A stretch of DNA of 63,995 nt, counting the filler, from Blastocystis sp. subtype 4 (Eukaryota), in the NCBI RefSeq assembly GCF_000743755.1. It is 39 parts of 39 records of this genome, joined end to end, with 100 filler letters (N's around TTAATTAATTAA, not from the genome) between each part and the next. Parts side by side here need not be neighbours in the genome. Positions count along the whole stretch, not along the records: positions 1 to 1,495 come from NW_014568735.1; positions 1,596 to 3,882 come from NW_014568734.1; positions 3,983 to 5,465 come from NW_014568733.1; positions 5,566 to 7,039 come from NW_014568732.1; positions 7,140 to 8,612 come from NW_014568731.1; positions 8,713 to 10,184 come from NW_014568730.1; positions 10,285 to 12,707 come from NW_014568729.1; 32 more parts are not named here. One strand, 5' to 3'. Position 1 is the stretch's first letter, and each line of letters begins with the position of its first letter. Below are positions 1-10,706 of this stretch, piece by piece. The notes under the pieces were generated by a model. It ran no database searches. It saw only the letters and a program-made list of their open reading frames with translations, and was not told where the DNA came from. The translations under genes were made by a program, and so were the position numbers.

Positions 1-1495
1 TGGAGAAATGGAGTGATTGGAGATTTGTCGACTTCATCCACTGTTGACAATTCATATACTGATTTGAAGTACTATGTTGTGACTCTTCCAGGCAAACAAG
101 CTGAGACAAGTGAAGTGACGAGTCCAGTGACATTCCTTCAATCTGGAAGTAACACAATTGCTATTGCCATTGTTGCTATTGATGATACTCAACTCACATC
201 CTATTTCGATGCCGTTGTTCGTTTGATGTCATCGTATTCTGAATCTCATATCTGGGAATTCAAAGCCACAAACACTGGATTCACTGCTTCACCTGAATGG
301 GTTTTGGATATGTATTCTGATACTAACTTCTATTCGGACTATTGTGGGAAAAACACTTTGACAATAACATTTTCCAATGATCGTCGTGAATGGATTAGTG
401 CTGTAGAGATCCAAAACTCTTATTCTGCGCCTGGATATTTGAATCAAGTTGGTCAGTTCTATTTGTTTGCTCGTAATTCTGTTAATGATACTTGGACTCT
501 TCTAACACATGTGACTGGTCTCACTTATTCTACCATAGCTCAGAGACGACGAATCTACTTCCCTAATAACGTTCCTAATTCAAGTTTGAGAACTTTACTA
601 CTGGTATACCAGGTGTATGTCTTTGGGAGATTCAATCTCTGGATCTGTATACTGCGAATGTGATGATTGATATTCCTGACTTCACCTATGATGCTTCAGT
701 CATTGTGTACAAAGGTGTGGTGATGACTCCAGTGGCTCCTCAGAACACGGATGATTATCTCAATTTCCGCATCTCTCCTTCTCTTCCTGATGGTATTGTG
801 TTGGATCCTAACACTGGTTGGATCTCAGGTACTCCTACTGTTGTGAGTGATCACACAACCTACACCATCACTGCTACAAAGGTGATTGGAGGAGAAGCAC
901 ATGCCACTATGACACTTACTGTAATGACTTGCTCTGGAGACAGAGCTATGATGACAGCTCGTTTCCATTCTGATTCTTCCCCTTTTATGAATTCATGGAA
1001 GCTGTTCCAAGGAAAGGGAACTTCGGGAACTATGGTACAACAAGCCTATTCTTTCCCCTTGAAAAATGATTACTTCTATGTTGATTTCTGTTTGGAGAAT
1101 GGATTCTACACGCTCCAAGGAGCTAATTCGTGGGGAGAAGGATGGAGAGCGGGAACTGGTTACACTCTGACTGTTGATGATGGTGCGATGGAGTTTGATA
1201 TCATGACGATGAAGGGAGAGGATTATTCACCTGTGTATGTGACTTCCATGTTCTCAACCTATTATCCTTTCCAGATTGAATACACAGATTGGAAGGTGAT
1301 GCAGAGTGATGATGAAATAAGTGGTTGGAAGACTGTCAGTTTCGATGATTCCACTTGGAACACATACAAGGCTGCTGATATTCCTACTACTGACTACGTC
1401 ACAACATATATCCGAAAGAGTTTCACAATGAGTGGAGTGAATGATTACCAAGTGTTGAATGTTCGAGTGAAGTATTCTGGAGGAGTGGCTGCCTA
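1..1495 (+). pseudogene. He_PIG/galactose-binding-like surface protein fragment, frameshifted
   Basis: ORFs 13-663 and 660-1495 are consecutive parts of the paralog at 31370-32786. About 7 nt (TACAATC in paralogs) are missing near 577. Contains the Ig motif LPDGIVLDPNTGWISGTPT. Could be an assembly error. Confidence 0.75.
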
Positions 1496-1595
1496 NNNNN
1501 NNNNNNNNNNNNNNNNNNNNNNNNNNNNNNNNNNNNNNNTTAATTAATTAANNNNNNNNNNNNNNNNNNNNNNNNNNNNNNNNNNNNNNNNNNNN
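1496..1595. other. Artificial contig linker N44-TTAATTAATTAA-N44 (first of 38 copies)
   Basis: Identical 100-nt spacer with stops in all frames, recurring every ~1.4-3.3 kb. ORFs ending in X...LIN are artefacts of it. Confidence 0.99.
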
Positions 1596-2067
1596 AAGAA
1601 TCCTTCAGAATCATATTCTCTTCAAACCAGTTGTTCAAGAGATAATCAGTGAGAATGAGAATACATTCAAGAGTTATTCCTTGTGTATACATATTCGAAC
1701 TCAAGGTCCTAGCTTTCTTCGTTATGATGATCTACCAAATGTCATTCGATGTATTGATGATCATCAACTCAATACTTCCAATGTATTTGTATGCAGTGAT
1801 AATTCCGTATTCCAGTCAACTCTTGGGAGGATGATTTCCAATACATCTAAGATATCTTATGAAAATGCAGGGGGAAAGAGGGGTTTCAACACTTTGAATA
1901 GAGGAGGACAAGCAGTATTGTTTGCAGAGATGAAACTCCTATCAATGTGTCAAACCTATTTAGGTACTTATCATAGTACTTGGTCATATACGAATGCTCT
2001 CCTTAGTAATGGAAGGAGATTGTTTATTGGACACAATTCTAGTTGTTCCAATACTGTGTCATTTTGA
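1596..2067 (+). CDS. Fucosyltransferase-like (FUT8/NodZ/GT37-type) protein, 3' part
   Basis: Motifs CIHIRT, VFVCSDN and EMKLLSMCQTYLGTYHSTWS match the GT-B fucosyltransferase motif order. Confidence 0.6.
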
Positions 2068-2387
2068 TTGGTTCTGGTGCTTGTAAGAATCATTGTTTGA
2101 TCATTATCAAACAAATCTTTGATCAGTATACAAGCATCTTTAGAATACAATAGTGGAATAGGTGAATCGTACTACTGATCTATATCACGAAGACAATCTT
2201 CATTCTCTGATGGATAATCATATGGATATGCTTCAAATAGAGTTCATTATGGATCTTATCTGTATGGAACTGCTAATCTATTCAAGACTTACGATAAGGA
2301 TTATCACAAAGGCAACAATACGGAATTTGATCTTAATGGTTGACATCCAATTGAAGACTGAAAAGAGAGGATACTCAGACACTTGAA

Positions 2388-3882
2388 GATGCCATTTAAC
2401 TCAATCTCATCAATACCACAAATATCACCATTCCTATTAACAATCCACATACTACAATCAACTTCAATAATGATATTCAACTCCTAACAACAGTTATATC
2501 ACTAGACTATCTGTTCTGGCAGATGCCAAAATACACAATATCACATCCACTCAGATTGTTGTTATTGATGGTGCTCAAATCATATTCAATCCAGGAACTA
2601 TTAGATTCAAGGTTGTAAACACATCTGTACACAGATTAGAAGTATTCTATCAACGCATTTGTAGAAAGGGTGTTCGATATTGTGATGGAACAACCAACTA
2701 CACATTCAATAGTACAGAGAACTTTGTACATTTAGATTCTCCAATCTCTATCAGAACCAATATCAACATTGAATCAACACAACAAGTATTCTCAAATGAT
2801 TATTCAATTGCTGCTGGTGATTATTCATTTGATGTTCTTGCTAAAGGAATCATAGATAATGTGAATTCATGTATGGCAAAACAATGTTGTCTGGTAGTGC
2901 AAACAAGATGTTATACAAAGTGGATTTGGTTGTATCAGAAGCAGTGATACAGTTTAATGATGGATGTGGTGGATCATTCCTGAACTTTATCAATCTACCT
3001 CAAGTGGTTACAGAAGGGTTTATCATGGGAGTATTTGTAGGAAATGGATGGTTAACTGGTTCATTAACAGTTCCTGCAGGAACTCAATTCACATTCATCA
3101 GACAAGAAGAGGAAGAATCAGGTGTTGAACCACATGTGTTTACCTTAACTCAGACCTCTACATGTACAAATGGTGGAGCTTCCTCTGGATTACTTAGTCA
3201 AATCAGAGGGTTAATTGGTAGTTACTATAATAGCATTGGTGGTGATTTAGCATTCACTTCATTTCTGATTTATGGTAAAGCTCATTGTTCATCTATTCGA
3301 GCTGGAGGATCATATGGTGTTTCCAAATTTGGAAGAGCAGGAGAAGGAAATCCTGAATTGTTGGATTATGTAACACTACCAGAAACATTCCTTTCTTCAG
3401 AATGGTATGTATTCAACAAAGTGAATCCCACATTCACACTTCCTAAAGGATACTATACTCAAGAAGAGGAATGTTCATATGTCAAATCAAGTGTTGAATC
3501 TTTGAATGTGTGGGATAAAGTGATTGATAAACCATGTTGGAGTACTGTATTAGAAAGAAGGATTCAAAGGATTACAGGTGCTACATGCTGTTCATTGACA
3601 TCTCATAATCCATTGTGGTTAGTATGTAAACCTAGTGGATCAGTATTCAATACTGGATTGTATACAAATGTGAATCTTCATTTCATAGATCCAAATGAAG
3701 ATATCAGTATGTATACTAATCAAATTGATTACACAGGACCAGATGGGACATCTTGGATGGTTGGATTCACATCTCAACCTACTACACAAGAAGATTGTGT
3801 TGAACAGATGAATGCGATGTTTGCAAGCAAGGGATTAGCGATCTCATGGAAGAAACAAGAAACATGTTACTCAATTGTAGCT
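2388..3882 (+). pseudogene. Long intronless penton/minor-capsid-like viral protein, frameshifted and 3'-truncated
   Basis: Frames join as ...NITIPINNPHTTINFNNDI / NNSYITRLSVLADAKIHNITSTQIVVIDGAQIIFNPG...YSIAAGDYSFDVLAKGIIDNVN / ORF 2869-3882 containing FTLPKGYYTQEE. The [IL]xxGxY motif repeats and no introns are evident. Confidence 0.5.
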
Positions 3883-3982
3883 NNNNNNNNNNNNNNNNNN
3901 NNNNNNNNNNNNNNNNNNNNNNNNNNTTAATTAATTAANNNNNNNNNNNNNNNNNNNNNNNNNNNNNNNNNNNNNNNNNNNN

Positions 3983-5465
3983 TACTAGTTGTGTTGAATC
4001 TCTGATTATTGATGATCATTTCAATCCTGATATATCATCATTGATACTGAACTATTCATTGATATCATTGAAACGAATTGACATTGGACATGATTGTTTT
4101 GAGAATGTGAGTCGATTTGAGATTGATGAATTGAATGAATTGGAGACTATCATCATCGGACAGAAGAGTTTCAAACTCGATGATGATGATACTGGAGAAT
4201 GTTTGATAATGAATTGTGATCATTTGAAACACATCAACATTGATAGGAAGTCATTCAAGTATTATGAATCATTTGAATGTAAGAATCTTCCTTCTCTCAT
4301 TTCTATTCAATTGGATGATAAAGCGTTCTATAGGTGTCAACGGATAGAATTTGATAGTATGAATGATTGAATGAATGATGAATGAGATCTTATTCGACTT
4401 GAATCCATCATTCTTGGATATGAGGCTCTATATGGTGATGAAGATACTATTAAATGGAATGAATTGATAATGAAGAGTATGAATGAAATGATGATTGATT
4501 GATTAGATCTTCCTTCTCTATCAATGATCAAAGGAGATGGCTACAATTTCTTCCAAATAGGGAAAGTACAATTGGATAGTAATGATTGATGATTGAATTT
4601 GAACTAGATATTCCATCACTGAGTGAAGAAGGAATTAAGATGAGATATGAGGGATTCGAGAATGTGAATGTATTGACCAGTGCGAGTATGATTGGCTTAT
4701 TGTTAATGAATGAGATGCTGATTGTCTTGATAGATTCATTCGGCAGCAAAGTGAGTATCTACTGGTGATAGATGAAGAATACGATTCTAGTAAAGCAAAA
4801 CGGTTTGAATATGCAAATGCACATGATTTGAATGTGTTCGATGCTAACAGCCTGAAAGGAATTGAGAGACTAGAGATTGGTGGTGATTGCTTTATAAAAG
4901 TGAATCGATTTGAGATTGATGGATTGAATGAATTGAAGAGTGTGATGATTGGAAGAGAGAGCTTCAATCGCAATGAAGAGAATAGAAAAGGAAGCAAATG
5001 TTTGATAATGAATTGTGATCAATTGAGTGAAATCCACTTTGGATTCAGTTCATTCTATTGGTATGAATCATTTGAATGTAAGAATCTTCCTTCTCTGATA
5101 TCTATTCTATTGGATGGTTATTCATTCTATGCTTGTCATTTGATAGTATTTGATAGTATGAATGATTGAATGAATGATGAATGAGATCTGATTCGACTTC
5201 AATCCATCATTCTTGGATATGATGCTCTTGAAGGAGATAGCAATGTATTCGGATGAATTGATAATGAAGAGTATGAATGATGGTGATGATTGATTGATGA
5301 GATCTGCCTTCTCTATCTATATTCAAAGGATCTGGCTACAATTTCAGATGGATAGATAAAGTGATCTTGGATAGTAATGATTGATGATTGAATTTGAATT
5401 AGACATTCCATCACTTACTGATGAAGGAATACAGATAGATGACGATTCATTTAAGAGAGTGAGAG
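3983..5465 (+). CDS. BspA-like leucine-rich repeat protein fragment (multi-exon)
   Basis: Repeats such as LKRIDIGHDCFENVSRFEIDELNELETIIIG and NLPSLISIQL. Recurrent ~30-nt introns (GTATGAATGATTGAATGAATGATGAATGAG). Confidence 0.8.
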
Positions 5466-5565
5466 NNNNNNNNNNNNNNNNNNNNNNNNNNNNNNNNNNN
5501 NNNNNNNNNTTAATTAATTAANNNNNNNNNNNNNNNNNNNNNNNNNNNNNNNNNNNNNNNNNNNN

Positions 5566-6241
5566 CGATATCATCTGGAAATGATTTCTTATCTATATCA
5601 ATGACTGCATGAGATTCACCAGCTGGTATAACAGCACTTATCACTAATTGACTCAATGGCAGACATTTTTCATTTACAACTCGATTCGAATGTTTCATCT
5701 TCAACAGTATTCAAGCATCTGGCTTGAGGATCATCAGTAATCATTGTAGTAATCAGATTGTTGTTCTGATTGACAATCTTAAGATCAAATGTTTGTACAA
5801 GTGAAAAATGTACTCGAATCACTTGTCTGTTTCTAGTGATATCAATGATATTTGTTCCTCTACCTTCTTGTTCATATTCTGTTTTTGTTAGACCCAGAAT
5901 ATCCATGATATCAGGTGCTTGAGAGAAATCAACTGAACAACTGGAATCAATATGAATACAACCATACTAGTAGCAGCATTGGATAATGAGAATGATGTAT
6001 ATTGCATTTGATTGAACATAGCAATGATGTGAGATGGAGTATTGTATCGTTTATCAAACACTAAGATTCTCCTTAGTATTAGAGAGTATTGGATTGATTG
6101 ATGTTTGAATAGAGCATCTGAAGGTGTGAATAGTACTATCATCATTGTAATGAATGGATTATTGAATCGATAAGAACTGTAGCGGTGAGTGATCCATTCG
6201 ATGGTTAAGCTTGAATGATGAATGATTATTGAGTAGTGCAT
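5566..6241 (-). pseudogene. Decayed Polinton-like minor capsid (penton) gene, longest copy
   Basis: MHYSIII...RFNNPFITMM...HIIAMFNQMQYTSFSLSNAA / GCIHIDSSCSVDFSQAPDIMDILGLTKTEY...TNIIDITRNRQVIRVHFSLVQTFDLKIVNQNNNLITTMITDDP. Follows a degenerate terminus ending at 6429. Confidence 0.65.
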
Positions 6242-6269
6242 TTACTTTATCGACACAATTCTTGTTGTT

Positions 6270-6429
6270 AATCACCTAACAATTTGTCTCGAAATGGTAA
6301 AGTGAGCCTTCTATTTTGATTACTTATTTCGAAAGTAACCCTGTATAGCTACCCAGAGTTGGAGGCCTATGTTGATGATGGTTCGTCTGCCTCCAATATG
6401 TATGTGATATACGTCAAAACCCTACTACT
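6270..6429 (-). mobile_element. Degenerate terminal repeat of the Polinton-like element
   Basis: Minus strand reads AGTAGTAGGGTTTTGACGTAT...CATAGGCCTCCAACTCTGGGTAGCTATACAGGG. Confidence 0.7.
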
Positions 6430-6833
6430 CACTCTTATGGTTACTAATACAGTAAGATAATTAGGATTCAAGAAATCTTTGGAAGCAGTAATATCCTTCT
6501 ACCAAACTAACTACCCTCTGATAGCAATTGGTTGAATGTTTATATGTAATGAATGAATTGTTCATATGAAGAAATAATGCTGTAGTATATGGATATGTTA
6601 CCCAGGATCGTGTGAATGGTCTGTACACTGAGCAGTAGTTGATTCTTGTACTGTTATGTAGTGATTATGATAGTTGGAATTAGGGTTTTGAAGAGTTTCA
6701 TATTCGCATTTTCGTCATCATATGTTACTAATGGTAGAACAAAAAGTTAGATAAACAAACTTCCCACAGACTAGTAACAATGAAATGATACAAAAGAGAG
6801 GAAACTACAACCTGGAATAGACAGAAATGGTTG

Positions 6834-7039
6834 TCAAATACTATCAACTAAAACAATATTTGACAATTTGCCAGTATATGCGTCGGGAGAAGAATTCGCA
6901 GATATATCTTCCTCTTCTGACTTCTGTGAAGATAAATGTCTCTTCTTTGATAGAATGATGAGAATGATGATGATTAGAATAATGAGAATGATAAGAATAG
7001 AAAGAGAGATGAGAATGATAGTGAGAGTGGATAGAGCAT
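6834..7039 (-). CDS. C-terminal transmembrane anchor plus short tail of a surface protein
   Basis: ALSTLTIILISLSILIILIILIIIILIILSKKRHLSSQKSEEED...SI*. Confidence 0.55.
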
Positions 7040-7332
7040 NNNNNNNNNNNNNNNNNNNNNNNNNNNNNNNNNNNNNNNNNNNNTTAATTAATTAANNNNN
7101 NNNNNNNNNNNNNNNNNNNNNNNNNNNNNNNNNNNNNNNTAGTTCTATTCATCAACGAATCTATCGAGTCACTCATTCTCCTGCTATTCATTTCAATCTC
7201 ACAACAAGATCATGTAATCAGTTTTAGTACTTTCTATTGTTTATTAATATGAAGTTCATAACAATCATTAGTAATAGAGGTTAAAAGAGTTGATGAGATA
7301 TTTCTAACCTATTATGTTATCATTAGAATTCC

Positions 7333-7870
7333 ATGTTTCAATCTTTCCAACTTCTGTTTCTATTCCTAGCTGTATTCCTTCTAACTCTTTGGATATCGTT
7401 AGGATTTCAAAAGTGTAATGATGAACTGAGTTTTGATTCAGTACATATTATTCATCGATCATCAAGTCATCTTCTCTTCGTCACTCCAGATATTCATTGG
7501 GGTACAAGTAATGACCTGGCACTATCATTTCATTCCTTTGGTCATTCACTCTCTTTAACAGTAAGTGTTCTCTTCCTCGTTATTCTCCTCTCTACAATAC
7601 TTCGATTACACCAGAACAGTATCTTCATTCAAACAATCATCAAGGAGAGGTGATTATTCCCAACAATACAATATGTGCTTTATCCAATTGCAAGGCATTC
7701 AATATGAGATATGTGGAGTTATTATGGTCTCTCTTTGAGAATGATTCATTGTTTAAGCAAGTGGATGCAGTCATATGCGTGTTCTATCCTTCTCATTGTC
7801 AGAACTATTTTGCCTTCAATAAGACAACCATATTCATTTTAGCACATCGTTTTACCATCAAACGATGTAA
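7333..7870 (+). pseudogene. Type II membrane protein (glycosyltransferase-like), apparently interrupted near 7870
   Basis: N-terminal hydrophobic anchor, then TPDIHWGTSNDLA and VDAVICVFYPSHCQNY...AHRFTIKRC. Sequence switches abruptly to a GC-rich structured segment. Confidence 0.45.
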
Positions 7871-8277
7871 TGAAAGAGATATTCAGAGGCCTGAGGCCAA
7901 GCGTGCACAGCGGAGGCAGCGGTGCAAGCGCCGCACCTCCTTGTGCTGACGCAATAATTGTATGCTAAATGGTAAAGAAAATGGTCAAATGGTGTGAACA
8001 AAGTTAACACAAACTTTCTAACACTAAAAGATGGTACAGCAAACAGGGTGACGAACAACCACCAAATGTGTGACCGAAATATGGGTTAATTTGTTGTTCA
8101 TATAACTGGATAGAAACACGGAAAGATGGATGGAGTGATGGATGACTGCACCAAAATGACTCAATATGGGGAAATGGAAAATCGACAAAATCAACCCGTC
8201 ACCTTTCCTTAATAATCTAGCTAAAACATCTATATAATCTAGCCAAATCATAGGGAAGAGTGACGGAGTGACGGGTA

Positions 8278-8474
8278 AGTAGTAGGTAATTGACGTATGT
8301 TACGTATTCTTTCAAACAGACAAACCGTCGCAAACATGGGCCTCCAACCCTGGGTAGCTATACACGCTTAACCCTACCAGACAAAATCGCCAGTAAAATG
8401 CAGACAAAAAGGCCCGCAGACATTTTGATCATAATTTGGAAACATATCCAACCCATTTCAACTCAAATCATGGG
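8278..8474 (+). mobile_element. Young terminal repeat (putative TIR) of the Polinton-like element
   Basis: AGTAGTAGGTAATTGACGTATGTTACG...CATGGGCCTCCAACCCTGGGTAGCTATACACGCTTAACCC...AAATCATGGG. Closely similar to 42015-42230, 56739-56954 and 29851-29966. Confidence 0.8.
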
Positions 8475-8738
8475 TATGAATATAGCACAAATTCTTTGTT
8501 GTTTGTTTTATCACAATGAAAGATTTTGACATTAATAAACAGTATGAGATTTCCTAATGATATGATTCAACGATACATTTCAGAAATGATAAGTCACCTA
8601 TTCACAAACTATNNNNNNNNNNNNNNNNNNNNNNNNNNNNNNNNNNNNNNNNNNNNTTAATTAATTAANNNNNNNNNNNNNNNNNNNNNNNNNNNNNNNN
8701 NNNNNNNNNNNNTTCGTTGATATTGAGAAAAGAAAGAA

Positions 8739-8809
8739 TGCAATAGCCGGGAATCGAACCCGGGCCTGATCCGTGGCAGGGACCTATCTTACCACTTGAC
8801 TACTATTGC
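8739..8809 (-). tRNA. tRNA-Gly(GCC)
   Basis: GCAATAGTAGTCAAGTGGTAAGATAGGTCCCTGCCACGGATCAGGCCCGGGTTCGATTCCCGGCTATTGCA: acceptor stem, GCC anticodon loop, GTTCGA T-loop, and a downstream T-tract. Confidence 0.96.
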
Positions 8810-10284
8810 TTTATCTAGTTCCTCATCGTTATTTATATTAAGATAATATAGTCTTGTCTTGTTGTTTTTGTGTAATTATGAATGAAGGTGAACAATTAAA
8901 GCAACAGACTAGGAGCAACTGGTTTATTAACCTTCTTCTGCTTCTTTTCGTAGTTTGTATTTTTAGGTTACTTCTCTATTTCGTTTTTATTCCTAGTCTA
9001 TATTTCTGGTTTTGCAAAAATATTAAAGTGAAGGAGGTAGTGTCATACTCTTTTACTTGATTGTTTAGAATGCTATAGTGTCGTCGTTCGTTTCCACTTT
9101 TTCGGATTGTGAGAGTTCGAACCAGCTTTCTAAAGGTCACTCTTTTCGAGTCGCATATGATATGGAGAGGGAGTATCATTTTGTTCAGCATAATGTAGAT
9201 ATGGAAATGAGGCGCAATAATGGAATTTATGGATTCCATCTGTGAGGATATTTAGTTTTTGCTTGACCTCTTTGTTGTCACAATTGATTATGAGTATTAC
9301 TTATTTTCCTTGTTTTGCTATTGCTGAGAGTGTATAGCTTGTTATGTTTCCTTATCGATAGAATCGGGTAGTCTTCACTTGTTCTTCTATTGTATCCATT
9401 GAGTCCCTCTTTGAATTGTGTATCTATAATTACTTTTCAGGATTAAACAGACTATGTATTTGAATCTTTTTTTCTTTATACTGAGCTGAGAATAGTAAAC
9501 AGGATACATCCTCATCGGGTTCGTTGACTTGCATTGCTAATTACCAATTGTATCACATGTAACGAAGCATTCTCTTTATTTTGACTAGATATGCCTATAC
9601 TGCATCTGAGAAACATATTCTTTTCATTACCACGGCCATAACTATCAGCGATTCTAGTCTCATTGAGGTTGTCTCATTCTACCATTCTGATATTTAGATG
9701 TTGAAGACACTGTATTCTACCTATATCGATTATCAGTTGAAACCGAGTATAAAGTCTCGATCTCCAGATGATTTTGGTAACCCAAGTCTTTTCAATGGTG
9801 TACACTCCTTTGTATGTATGCTTATGTAGATATCTGAACAATTGAAACAGTACGAGAAGAGTATGTCCTTCTAAAACGGTATGTTAGATACCCATATGAC
9901 CTAACGTGGATAGAAAAGTGATTTTCTTTGTTGTTTGTTGAAAGAGTTGCATTTGATTGTTTCTGAGTTGTCACTATGAATGTATTTTCTATATTTGGGT
10001 TTGATTTAGTTCACTTCCAGTCCTTCAAAGAACTCAGAAACGTCAGATTACCTCCCAGCCATTCTACCAACATCTAAGGTATCTGATGTCTTTATAAACT
10101 ATAATCAAATAGTTATTGATGATGAAACGGGCCGAAAGTGCTCTTACTAGTCGCCAATCGGAGCTTGACAAACACGAATATCGGNNNNNNNNNNNNNNNN
10201 NNNNNNNNNNNNNNNNNNNNNNNNNNNNTTAATTAATTAANNNNNNNNNNNNNNNNNNNNNNNNNNNNNNNNNNNNNNNNNNNN

Positions 10285-10587
10285 TATTCGAAGTCCCAAT
10301 TATTTGGGAGAAGTGATGATTTACTCTTCATATGGTCTGGTGGCCAATGTATTCATTAGATATTCGATCAATTCGTAGCATTGGATTCCGTGGATAATTC
10401 TGATATATGTTTGGGTTAGTGTTTTTGCGACACGTATTATCACAAAAGAAAAGCGAATGGAACGGTATGAATGAATGGGAAGGTGAATATCAGATATCCT
10501 GAATGGAAGGAGTATAAGAAGAGAACGAATTGTATAGTACCTCTCAAGTTCTTTTATCACTTATTCGAGAAGAAGAAGAGTGAATGA
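10285..10587 (+). CDS. DUF1295/steroid-5-alpha-reductase-like membrane protein, 3' part
   Basis: Spliced (2 introns of ~30 nt): IRSPNYLGEVMIYSSYGLVANHWIPWIIL...RYPEWKEYKKRTNCIVP...KKSE*. TGTTTGTT at 10590. Confidence 0.75.
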
Positions 10588-10706
10588 AGTGTTTGTTCAA
10601 TAACAGAGTATTGGGATATTGCATATTTGAAAGTGGATTGTTGTGAATCGGTCTGATATGTTGAGTTCATAAACAAAGAGAATATCAACAAGGCTCAGTC
10701 TCATTG

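Noticed and set aside
1496..1595. Regularly spaced TTAATTAATTAA palindromes as a biological repeat or array
   Set aside because: Always embedded in identical N runs; an artificial linker.
8290..8529. Recurrent ORF QTNRRKHGPPTLGSYTRLTLPDK (also 41963-42211 and 56699-56935)
   Set aside because: Translation of the terminal repeat; starts and ends are inconsistent between copies.
10080..10184. Possible hammerhead ribozyme (TGATGA...GAAA)
   Set aside because: Lacks the CUGAnGA core and I could not form the three stems.
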